This document shows, one piece after another, positions 18,811-27,354 of a DNA stretch of 64,000 nt. Below the pieces are notes generated by a model, which was not told the origin of the DNA, did no database searches, and saw only the letters and a list, made by a program, of their open reading frames with translations. The position numbers were made by a program, and so were the translations under genes. The stretch's first letter is position 1, and every line of letters starts with the position of its first letter. Source of the stretch: a virus; IMG/VR virus record IMGVR_UViG_3300013126_000010, positions 64,001-128,000 of that record. One strand, 5' to 3'.

Positions 18811-20326
18811 ATCTACGCCATTTACCTTCTTTTATAAGGATCATTTGTCGTTTTCCATTAGGGTGAATAATGCAGTGTCCATGATGCCAAGATGATGGAC
18901 TCTTTTTATTGTATTCCATTTTACTTATACAGCTATGACCTACACTATATGCACCTTCAATAATCGCTGGTACATGAGTGTGCCCAGTTATAACCTTTAA
19001 GCCAAGTCTTGCAAATTGCGCAGTAGAACCCTTGGAACCATTTAATCCATGATCCCCATGCATTGATAATTCTATATCATGAAGTTTAAATGATTCTGCA
19101 TTTTTTAAGAATCTAATATTGTCATAATCGTAATATTCTCTACTCCATAATTCAAATAGGGACATTGATTCTTTTTTTTGTTTTATATGATACCCAATCA
19201 ATCTACTTAGATCGTGATATATACAATAATTAGTTAAATCTTTATTAATTGCATCAGCAGATGAAATCCATTTGTCTAAATGCCCATTATGATTTGATTC
19301 AACGATAATACTGGTACAATCACTTGGTGTAGTATCTATTAAATATTCTATAGTTGTCTTTAATTCTTTTTCAACATCATTGTCACCATTAACTAGTTTT
19401 GCAAATTGAAGAACAATATCAGTTTTATGATGATGTGATGCTGAATAAAAATCCAGAACATCATGTCTAATTAAATATTCTGGTCTTAATGTATTTACCA
19501 TACTATCAGTATTATAATATGTGGCTGCTGCAACAGATTGGTCAATAAATTTAACGTGTTCATCCCCAATAACAATACCAGATACTTTATTACATGAAGA
19601 AATTGATTTCATGAAGTAATACTTATCGACATCATAAAAACCACCATCATTATCACAATTTAGAACTCTAACATGAAATGATTCTATTGATGGATCTTCC
19701 TCTACTACCAATGCTGCAAATGAATGATTAAAGGTAGCACGTTCTCCTTGTTTTGATTTTGTATATACAGGATAAGATACACACCCAGTAGTATATAATG
19801 CACATGGTGTATCTATTTGATTTCTTGCCACCATTGCCATTCTAATTTGTGGTGATGGTATTATATGTGATATACCTTTAGTTGAGTCGTTCCATCCAGC
19901 AAAAGGGTTAGTAACTGTTGGTGATATTTTCATACCAGCTAACAGTTTTAATGCTTGCAGCAAGTGTACTGTGTTTGAATAAAAATATGGTTCTAGATTT
20001 GAATCCCATGCTACATTTTTTATATTTAATTCAGGGACAGTATATTTTAATGGTATTATTAATAAATCAGCATCATTATGCTCACAATACGTATGCAATG
20101 ATTCCACGAATTGTGTATTAGTATCAGCATTATTAATACATGTAGTAATAACCCATGTATTAACTTTCTTTTTACTTACATATTGCGGGATAATACCTTC
20201 TTCGATAAATTCATAGAAATTACTATGGCAATTTTTACATTTATAACGCTGACGATTTCTCCCACCTATTGGTGTTGGACCTTTTTTTATTACATGTTTA
20301 CTGCCGCAGTTTCCACATCTAGCCAT
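18809..20326 (-). CDS. T5 A1-like protein with N-terminal zinc ribbon
   Basis: CxxC...CxxC N-terminus, then WVITT..NN, GDEH, HDVLDF, HGDHG, GHTH metallophosphoesterase-like motifs as recalled for A1. Confidence 0.65.
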   Translation of the reverse strand: MARCGNCGSKHVIKKGPTPIGGRNRQRYKCKNCHSNFYEFIEEGIIPQYVSKKKVNTWVITTCINNADTNTQFVESLHTYCEHNDADLLIIPLKYTVPELNIKNVAWDSNLEPYFYSNTVHLLQALKLLAGMKISPTVTNPFAGWNDSTKGISHIIPSPQIRMAMVARNQIDTPCALYTTGCVSYPVYTKSKQGERATFNHSFAALVVEEDPSIESFHVRVLNCDNDGGFYDVDKYYFMKSISSCNKVSGIVIGDEHVKFIDQSVAAATYYNTDSMVNTLRPEYLIRHDVLDFYSASHHHKTDIVLQFAKLVNGDNDVEKELKTTIEYLIDTTPSDCTSIIVESNHNGHLDKWISSADAINKDLTNYCIYHDLSRLIGYHIKQKKESMSLFELWSREYYDYDNIRFLKNAESFKLHDIELSMHGDHGLNGSKGSTAQFARLGLKVITGHTHVPAIIEGAYSVGHSCISKMEYNKKSPSSWHHGHCIIHPNGKRQMILIKEGKWRR

Positions 20327-21095
20327 ATATTTGCTCGTGTATGTTGGTTAATGTTCTGACAATTTCTTGATCAGTTATTTTTGGGATATCAACATTGATT
20401 GTTATTATTAAATTTCCAGCTGTGTTCTTATTAATATTAATAAATCCGATTCCAGTGAACGTTATTTCATTCTTTTCTGGTAATCCTGGTGGGATAGCAA
20501 CCGTTAATACATTACCATCTATATTTTTTATTGCTTTGGTAGCTCCAATCATAGCTTCAAATACAGAAATGTCAATAGTGGTATGCAGGTCATCCCCGGA
20601 TCTCCAGAATGATTCATGCTCTTCCAGTATAAATGTAACATGCAAATCACCTCTATCAATATTGCTGATTGAATTATCACCTAAACCATGATAACAAATT
20701 AATTGATTATTTCTAACCCCGGCAGGAACAAATAGTTCCACCAATTGAATAGTACCATTTAACAATTCATAACGTGTATCAATGTTACCACCATTATAGC
20801 TAATTTCAAGTGAAAGTGGTACTAAAATTGCCAAATCTTTATTGGTTTCGGTTGAATCATATCCCAAATCATCAAAATAATCGTCCGATATCGTCCAATT
20901 AAATTCAATTTCGTCTTCGGTATCTGGAGTGGTTAAATTATAAATTATGTTTGTGTATGCGCGTTTTATTTTGGAAAAGTGTTCAGCATTACCACCACGA
21001 TCAGGATGATGCTTCATTGCCATTTTTCTATAAGCTCGTTTTACATCATCAATCGAGGTGGTATACTGTATCCCAAGTACTGAATAGTTATCCAT
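20319..21095 (-). CDS. DnaJ/CbpA-class J-domain co-chaperone
   Basis: J domain with HPD; DnaJ C-terminal domain; no Zn finger. Confidence 0.9.
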   Translation of the reverse strand: MDNYSVLGIQYTTSIDDVKRAYRKMAMKHHPDRGGNAEHFSKIKRAYTNIIYNLTTPDTEDEIEFNWTISDDYFDDLGYDSTETNKDLAILVPLSLEISYNGGNIDTRYELLNGTIQLVELFVPAGVRNNQLICYHGLGDNSISNIDRGDLHVTFILEEHESFWRSGDDLHTTIDISVFEAMIGATKAIKNIDGNVLTVAIPPGLPEKNEITFTGIGFININKNTAGNLIITINVDIPKITDQEIVRTLTNIHEQIYG

Positions 21096-21133
21096 GTTTA
21101 TGATATGATTGTGTGCTTATTGCACAGTTATGG

Positions 21134-21871
21134 TTATTTGGTGGTTCTTAATACTAATGCTTTATTGCTGTTTTCAAATATAAAGTTTTCACCAATCTTT
21201 GATATATTGAATTCTCCAATATATTTAGAAAGGAACATAATCTCACCTATATCTTTTGACTCGAACATTGGTTTTTCTGTTTGATTGGAATACACATCTA
21301 TTTTATTACCAAATTCTATTATTTTCATTTTTAGTGGTTCTGCGAATCTTTTTTTGAATATTAGATTATCATCATCTATATGAATACTTTCTAGATAACT
21401 TCTATGAAAAAAGTTAGAAAAGTTGTTCAAATGCTCAGAATTCTTACGTGACTCATATTCTTCTTTTGAAACAGGGACATTTTCTGTTAATGATTCATCA
21501 GATGCCGGTATGCTGTGAAATGATTTATAATATCTAAATTTAAACTCTTTTAAGTTAGTTAATAGTTTAATACCATTTAACAATTCCATTATTTGAGATG
21601 GTATTCTTCTAGTACGTTGTATTTCTACGAATACTTTATATTTACCGTCATTTAGTTCCCCTGGTGTAAAGTCAGAATCCAGTACGAAATCATATCCACG
21701 TTCTATAAAGTTAACTAAATCTTTTGATGCTTCTAAACTATCGATAGTAAATGATAACACGCAAATATCTGCATCTGTTCCCATTTTAGATGTATAACTA
21801 TCTATTTCAAAAATATTGTCAACAAGATCTTCCAGATCATTTGCAAGTAATTCTTCATTAAGCTGGGACAT
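21134..21871 (-). CDS. hypothetical protein
   Basis: 245-aa ORF. Confidence 0.75.
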   Translation of the reverse strand: MSQLNEELLANDLEDLVDNIFEIDSYTSKMGTDADICVLSFTIDSLEASKDLVNFIERGYDFVLDSDFTPGELNDGKYKVFVEIQRTRRIPSQIMELLNGIKLLTNLKEFKFRYYKSFHSIPASDESLTENVPVSKEEYESRKNSEHLNNFSNFFHRSYLESIHIDDDNLIFKKRFAEPLKMKIIEFGNKIDVYSNQTEKPMFESKDIGEIMFLSKYIGEFNISKIGENFIFENSNKALVLRTTK

Positions 21872-22439
21872 TTGATCCTCCAGTTAAATCAGCTGGCATT
21901 CCTACTCCTGGTGCAGGTGTTCCTGGCATTGGTTGCATTTGTGTTTGCATTGCATCTGCCTGTTGAGCTGCTGATGCGTCCACCCGTGAGTTTCTACCAA
22001 CCCCCATTTTATGTTTCATCATTGCCATGTAACCTTCATACATATCTGATATTAATTCTTTTGGTAATATGAAATGAACTACCCATACTTCTTTTCTATC
22101 TAACCTGGGTTTTTTTGTTCCTGGTCTAAAATCTTCTTCTGATTTTACCTTTCTAGGTTCAATCATATGAGTTTTTTCATATTTTATTTTGCATCCATAA
22201 TCTAGTAATCTTTTTGCACCCATTGGGTCAGGCATTTTGTTACGTGGCCACATAAAGGCTACTTTAATCCAATGCCTTTTCACTTCAGGTCCATAAACAA
22301 GTTCGCCATCAATCCAATTTTCGTACACGTATAAATCCATTTCATCTAATACTCGTTCAATATCCTTGAGAACAGACAAACTAGAGTTTGATGAATATAT
22401 TGTGTTAATATTTTGTATGATATCCAATTGATCGATCAT
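21858..22439 (-). CDS. hypothetical protein
   Basis: 193-aa ORF; ATAAATA at 22470-22476 upstream. Confidence 0.75.
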   Translation of the reverse strand: MIDQLDIIQNINTIYSSNSSLSVLKDIERVLDEMDLYVYENWIDGELVYGPEVKRHWIKVAFMWPRNKMPDPMGAKRLLDYGCKIKYEKTHMIEPRKVKSEEDFRPGTKKPRLDRKEVWVVHFILPKELISDMYEGYMAMMKHKMGVGRNSRVDASAAQQADAMQTQMQPMPGTPAPGVGMPADLTGGSNVPA

Positions 22440-22514
22440 TGATAAAATCCATGTTTTTAAATGTATAAGTATTTATCTTAATAAATAAATTATATATACA
22501 TCGGAGAATATATA

Positions 22515-23240
22515 ATGGCAAGACAACGAACAGAAAAAAAGTTAACAACAGAAAAAGTGATAAAACCTAAATTTATGGAGGAACGCACACAAAACATAAC
22601 ACCGTTAGTCCCATTAAACCCATTACAGGCACAATATATTAAATTCGTGCAAGAAAAAAGGCTGGTGATTGCGACTGGTTATCCAGGTACCAGTAAAACG
22701 TATATTCCTACTGTTATTGCATGTGATTTATGGCGCAAAGGTGAAATAGATCAGATATTTTTAACTAGACCAAATATATCACAATCAAAAAGTCTAGGTT
22801 TTTTTAGTGGTTCACTAGTTGAAAAAATGATGAACTGGTTGTTACCTGTTTTAGATATTATGTATAAACGATTAGGACGAAATGTAGTAGAAATAGCTAT
22901 AAAGAATGGTGATATAGCATTCATACCATTGGAGACCATAAAAGGTATGTCATTTGGACAGAGAACTTTTGTTATATGTGATGAGGCCGAGGATTTAACA
23001 GTTGCCGAAGCGAAAGCGGTAGTCACCAGACAAGGGGGTGGTACCATGATATTGGCTGGTGACTTGGAACAATCTGCACTGGATGAAAAATCTGGGTTAT
23101 TATTTTTGAAAAATATAGTTGAAAAAACCCCAGAATTGGAGAAATTCACAGGGTTTGTAGATTTTAATAGACCATCTGATATCGTTCGTTCAGCAGAATG
23201 TAAAGCATGGATATTGGCACTTAAAAATCATAAATGCTAG
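22515..23240 (+). CDS. phoH: PhoH-family ATPase
   Basis: GYPGTSKT, LTRP, GFFSGSLVEK, KGMSF, DEAE, GDLEQ, DIVRS. Confidence 0.92.
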   Translation: MARQRTEKKLTTEKVIKPKFMEERTQNITPLVPLNPLQAQYIKFVQEKRLVIATGYPGTSKTYIPTVIACDLWRKGEIDQIFLTRPNISQSKSLGFFSGSLVEKMMNWLLPVLDIMYKRLGRNVVEIAIKNGDIAFIPLETIKGMSFGQRTFVICDEAEDLTVAEAKAVVTRQGGGTMILAGDLEQSALDEKSGLLFLKNIVEKTPELEKFTGFVDFNRPSDIVRSAECKAWILALKNHKC

Positions 23241-23245
23241 TTAAC

Positions 23246-23267
23246 TAGCCCTTGTAATAGAGGGCTA
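23246..23267. terminator. hairpin between convergent phoH and clamp-loader genes
   Basis: tagccct-tgtaatag-agggcta. Confidence 0.55.
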
Positions 23268-24197
23268 TTACTTTAACGCTGCTGCAATCCTAATCAATGT
23301 AGCAGATAAGTTTATTTCTGGGTCAGAAATCATAGTATGTTCAACTAATCCACGTTTTACTTCTAGTATAATCTTTTCTTGGATATCTATATTATCAGTA
23401 AGTATATCCAAGTTGGTATAAATCCATTTAAATATGTCTTCCATATCTTCTGGTCTAGCTTTTTCACACAGTAATAATCTTGCTTCTCGAATTTTACCTT
23501 CTTTGAATAATTCAACCATTTCTATTTTATAGTCTGCAGTTGTGCTATCACCAGTATCAGGGATTAATAGTTGATTATTTACTGTATTATACTGTAATAA
23601 ATTAATACATTTTCTAAGATCTGGATATGTTGCCTTTACATAGGTATCTAACGTATCTAATTCAAACTCAATTCCTTCGGTAGCTAGAATGGTTGCTGCT
23701 CTAATTGAATATTCAACTTTATCAAGTTTTTCAATATGAAATCCCTGACATCTTGAGTGAATTGCTGGTATTATTCTATTAGGATAGTTAGCAGTTAGTA
23801 TAAACCTAGAAGTTATATGATATTCTTCTAATAATCCTCGTAATGCAGCCTGTGCGTTAACACTTAAATAATCGGCCTCATCCAAAAATACCACTCTCTT
23901 TTCACCAAATGGCATTAATTCTACAAATTTTACTATAGTATCCCTGATATCATCGATAGAATTAGTTCTAGATGCATTAATTTCCAACACATCATATTCA
24001 TGAATACCAATTTCATTAATTAACAATTTCGCAAGCGTGGTTTTTCCGACGCCAGGGCTACCACTGAACAAACAATGTGGTATTTCTTTATCATTAATCC
24101 ATCGTTGAACTTTTAATTTTTGTTCAGTGTCTTTAAATACATAATCATCTACTGAAGCTGGTCGGTATTTTTCAACCCAGAGTGTTTTTTCAATCAT
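23268..24197 (-). CDS. clamp loader small subunit (RFC/gp44-like)
   Basis: LWVEKYRP, GSPGVGKTT, EINAS, DEADYL, SRC, DLRKCIN. Confidence 0.93.
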   Translation of the reverse strand: MIEKTLWVEKYRPASVDDYVFKDTEQKLKVQRWINDKEIPHCLFSGSPGVGKTTLAKLLINEIGIHEYDVLEINASRTNSIDDIRDTIVKFVELMPFGEKRVVFLDEADYLSVNAQAALRGLLEEYHITSRFILTANYPNRIIPAIHSRCQGFHIEKLDKVEYSIRAATILATEGIEFELDTLDTYVKATYPDLRKCINLLQYNTVNNQLLIPDTGDSTTADYKIEMVELFKEGKIREARLLLCEKARPEDMEDIFKWIYTNLDILTDNIDIQEKIILEVKRGLVEHTMISDPEINLSATLIRIAAALK

Positions 24198-24223
24198 TGT
24201 TTTGTTAAACTTGTAAATTAAAC

Positions 24224-24252
24224 ATTATAGGACTATACTGGACAATTTGCAA
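24224..24252 (-). promoter_or_regulatory. sigma70-type promoter
   Basis: TTGCAA-17-TATAAT. Confidence 0.65.
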
Positions 24253-24255
24253 CAT

Positions 24256-24277
24256 AAAAAAGGGGCCAATGCCCCTT
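24256..24277 (-). terminator. intrinsic terminator
   Basis: AAGGGGC-ATTG-GCCCCTT followed by a T run. Confidence 0.75.
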
Positions 24278-24280
24278 AAA

Positions 24281-24691
24281 TTATAGATCACCTTCTTGTC
24301 GATGTTCACTATAGTATGGATCAAATGTTCCACCTGGATATCGTTTTTCTAGCTTTACCACATTTTCTGCTAAAACATCGTTAGGATCTAGGTTTAATGC
24401 ACGACACGCATTAATCCAGTACCAACCAATATCACCTAATTCTCGTTTCATGTGAAATATAGTGTCACTATTTAATTCCTTTCCCTGGAACAAAATTTTC
24501 TTTGGCAATTCACAAAATTCGCCTGATTCTGCTGCTAATCCAATCGCGCCAGTTAATAATAATGGGATATTCACCCCAGTATCTGCTAGTTCTCTAACTC
24601 TATTAATAAATAATTCAACATCATTAGATTCATTTGATGTAACTTCAGATACGAATGCTTTATATTTGTTTAAATCGATTTGTTTTGTCAT
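24281..24691 (-). CDS. mazG: MazG-like NTP pyrophosphohydrolase
   Basis: GLAAESGEFCE...ELGDIGWY...NVVKLEKRYP. Confidence 0.88.
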   Translation of the reverse strand: MTKQIDLNKYKAFVSEVTSNESNDVELFINRVRELADTGVNIPLLLTGAIGLAAESGEFCELPKKILFQGKELNSDTIFHMKRELGDIGWYWINACRALNLDPNDVLAENVVKLEKRYPGGTFDPYYSEHRQEGDL

Positions 24692-25023
24692 TTTGCTATA
24701 TTATAGTCTAAAGGTTTTTCATCACTGACTAGTAAAATATCATTATTATCCACTTTACGGATATCAAATTTTGAACCATCAGCCTCTTCTATTGTCACAC
24801 CACGAGTCCATCGACCATGGTCTACATAGATCCATTGTCCAACTGAAACATCTTTTTGTTCTGGACCCACCGCATATACTTTACCCCAGCGTGGTTTAAT
24901 CCCCTCAACTTTACCATCTTGATTAGGAATGATAATACCAGTGGTGGTAAATTCTTCTTTAAATTCCATGTCAACGACAATAACATCATCGTGTATAGCT
25001 CTTAGTTTACCTTTGATTGCCAT
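24688..25023 (-). CDS. groES: GroES-like co-chaperonin
   Basis: LRAIHDDVIV, GIIIP, GKVYAVGP, DILLV. Confidence 0.85.
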   Translation of the reverse strand: MAIKGKLRAIHDDVIVVDMEFKEEFTTTGIIIPNQDGKVEGIKPRWGKVYAVGPEQKDVSVGQWIYVDHGRWTRGVTIEEADGSKFDIRKVDNNDILLVSDEKPLDYNIAK

Positions 25024-25361
25024 TATGCCTCCGGCACATCTGATTGTTCAACTGACCGAGTTGATTTTGTTTTTTGTTGAGTAGTTTGCTGGACAACCGG
25101 TGTAGGTTGTGTTGGTTGGGACATTGCTTTAACTCTAGCTGGTTGTGACACTACATTATCGCTAGTTGGGTAGTTTTCTGCAACCGGATCTTCGATTTTT
25201 TTAATTATTTTCCCACCTGGACCAATTGTATCACCTCGTGCATTTACTTTAGCATTACCAACTGCTAGTGTTGTTTCATTTCTCATGATTAATTTGTCTA
25301 GCTCAATGGCAACGCCATTCATAGATCTATATATTTTTCTACCACGGTCATTAAATGACAT
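25023..25361 (-). CDS. hypothetical protein
   Basis: 112-aa ORF. Confidence 0.7.
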   Translation of the reverse strand: MSFNDRGRKIYRSMNGVAIELDKLIMRNETTLAVGNAKVNARGDTIGPGGKIIKKIEDPVAENYPTSDNVVSQPARVKAMSQPTQPTPVVQQTTQQKTKSTRSVEQSDVPEA

Positions 25362-25873
25362 TAATTTTCTCCTGTTCTTAAAAATTCGGTATAGTCAAGG
25401 TTATATTTCAATGAATCTATTTTATGCACTCCTAATATATACAGTACATAACTAGCCACGGAACTACCCCGACCAACACCCCATACGATGTTACATTCTC
25501 GCAACGTATCAACAATATATTTAAGTACCGTTAATACTGGTATCATATTTAGTTTTTCAAATAACATCAATTCTTCCATACATCGTATTTTCTGAGAATC
25601 AGATTGACAATTCTCTAAACAAAATACATATATATCAAAATCATTATATTCTGGTGGTATCATCCATTCAGATTGTTTGATTTTGTCATATTCTTCTATA
25701 TCAAAAGATTGATTAGCATTTGTATCGATATTTAGCATACTATTACTGATGAATTTTTTTATTTCTTCAGTATTTTCAGCTTTTATACCATCAAATTTAA
25801 ATTTACCCTTATAAATCAGGTCAAATAGATCATTTGATTGAAATATTGGGCTTCCATAATTGTCATATTTCAT
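25361..25873 (-). CDS. mini DnaE-like protein (fragment of Pol III alpha)
   Basis: WGVGRGSSVASYVLYILGVHKID signature; only 170 aa. Confidence 0.8.
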   Translation of the reverse strand: MKYDNYGSPIFQSNDLFDLIYKGKFKFDGIKAENTEEIKKFISNSMLNIDTNANQSFDIEEYDKIKQSEWMIPPEYNDFDIYVFCLENCQSDSQKIRCMEELMLFEKLNMIPVLTVLKYIVDTLRECNIVWGVGRGSSVASYVLYILGVHKIDSLKYNLDYTEFLRTGEN

Positions 25874-26052
25874 TTAGCCTGCACACATGTTATGGTAGTA
25901 TCTACTTCTTTTTCATACTTCTTCAAATCAGTAACGGTTTGCTCACCGATAATCTTACAAGAAGTCTCTGATGGTAAGTTTGTAATTATCTTAGTATCCA
26001 AATCGTGATGGAATTGACCAAGCAGTGATGTAGTTAGTATTAAAGTCCACAT
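25870..26052 (-). CDS. hypothetical protein
   Basis: 60-aa ORF. Confidence 0.55.
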   Translation of the reverse strand: MWTLILTTSLLGQFHHDLDTKIITNLPSETSCKIIGEQTVTDLKKYEKEVDTTITCVQAK

Positions 26053-26106
26053 AAAGGTTATATTGGAATAATGTGAACTCTATTATAGCATAAAACCTTT
26101 GATGTG

Positions 26107-26337
26107 CTACTCGACTCGAATCAATGAAGCCAAATCAACATCCATTTCATCCTGTTGTTTCTTCCACACCTTGAGTCTACGTTGCTGGAGTTCATTTTGA
26201 TAGTCTTCTATGATCATTGCCAATTGAAATCGCATATCCTGGTTAGTGGCTAACCAATATTTTCTGTTCAGGTCTGACAGTTTAGTTTCAAGTTGAGTAT
26301 CGTTAAGATCTGATAAATTATTAATTAATGGATGCAT
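26107..26337 (-). CDS. hypothetical coiled-coil protein
   Basis: 76-aa ORF. Confidence 0.7.
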   Translation of the reverse strand: MHPLINNLSDLNDTQLETKLSDLNRKYWLATNQDMRFQLAMIIEDYQNELQQRRLKVWKKQQDEMDVDLASLIRVE

Positions 26338-26339
26338 AG

Positions 26340-27353
26340 TTATATAGAGTAAAATAAAAGATTTGTTCCGCCAGATTGAGAAGTTGTTATTAAAATTTTA
26401 TTATTTACTGGATCATACGTCATTTTATTAAGAGTTTGGCCAGAAGCTAATGTCACCGGGAGGATATTTGAATACCAGCTAACTAAATCAGCAGAATAAA
26501 GATAAGTTGATGAACCAGAAGTTAATATATAAAATCCATTCAAATAAGAAATGTTTGTCCATGTTGTAGTTGAATAAGCGCTAGGTAACGTAATTGCTGT
26601 CCACGTTAACCCGTCAGAAGATGAATATAAAGAATTTGCAATCGATTGTCTTCTACAAAATAGTAAATTATTTGCCATCCCTATAGGATTGACATAATTC
26701 GTTGACGAAAATGGGGTTGTCTCCGCAACAGTAGTCCACACCATAGATGTTGGATTAACAGAAGATAATGAACAATAATTAACATTTCCTCCACTATTAT
26801 ACACAAATAATGTATTATTTAAAATCCACGCAGAAAGTGGACTTAATCCCGTTACTCCAGAACTTACAGGAGTAGACCAAGTTGATCCATTTGTTGTATA
26901 AGATATAATACTTGCCGTAAAAACTCTTATTAAATAAAAAGTTCCATTGTCTGAAACTCCAGAAAAAATTCCAGTTGAACTAGATGTTGGGAATAAACCA
27001 GCTGTTAATGACCAAGTATTACCTCCATTAGTTGTTATTAACCCAGCGCTAGTATTTGTTCTAGTGCATATTAAAGTGGTTGAATTAACAACAAATGGTG
27101 TTTTATAAGACAAATTACTAACAGGATCATTCGGGATTGTTTGATCAACCCAATTTACACCATCAGAAGAATATTGTCCTATTGTAGCTTTAGATATTGT
27201 TGGTATAATAAAATTTTTACCATTCATTGTCATCACCTGTGACCAAAATGAAGTTGTTGGTAAGGTGACTGCTGCAAATGTTGGTCCTATTGGGTTAGAG
27301 ATACCAACTACTTCATTCCCAGCAGCAGCCATAATTAAATTTAATACACTCAT
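26340..27353 (-). CDS. tail-fibre-associated beta-propeller protein
   Basis: Repeated SxDGxxW (BNR-like) motifs; follows the tail fibre gene. Confidence 0.6.
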   Translation of the reverse strand: MSVLNLIMAAAGNEVVGISNPIGPTFAAVTLPTTSFWSQVMTMNGKNFIIPTISKATIGQYSSDGVNWVDQTIPNDPVSNLSYKTPFVVNSTTLICTRTNTSAGLITTNGGNTWSLTAGLFPTSSSTGIFSGVSDNGTFYLIRVFTASIISYTTNGSTWSTPVSSGVTGLSPLSAWILNNTLFVYNSGGNVNYCSLSSVNPTSMVWTTVAETTPFSSTNYVNPIGMANNLLFCRRQSIANSLYSSSDGLTWTAITLPSAYSTTTWTNISYLNGFYILTSGSSTYLYSADLVSWYSNILPVTLASGQTLNKMTYDPVNNKILITTSQSGGTNLLFYSI

Positions 27354-27354
27354 A

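Noticed and set aside
24688-25023. GroES without GroEL as a novelty
   Set aside because: Solo co-chaperonins (T4 gp31-type) are common in large phages
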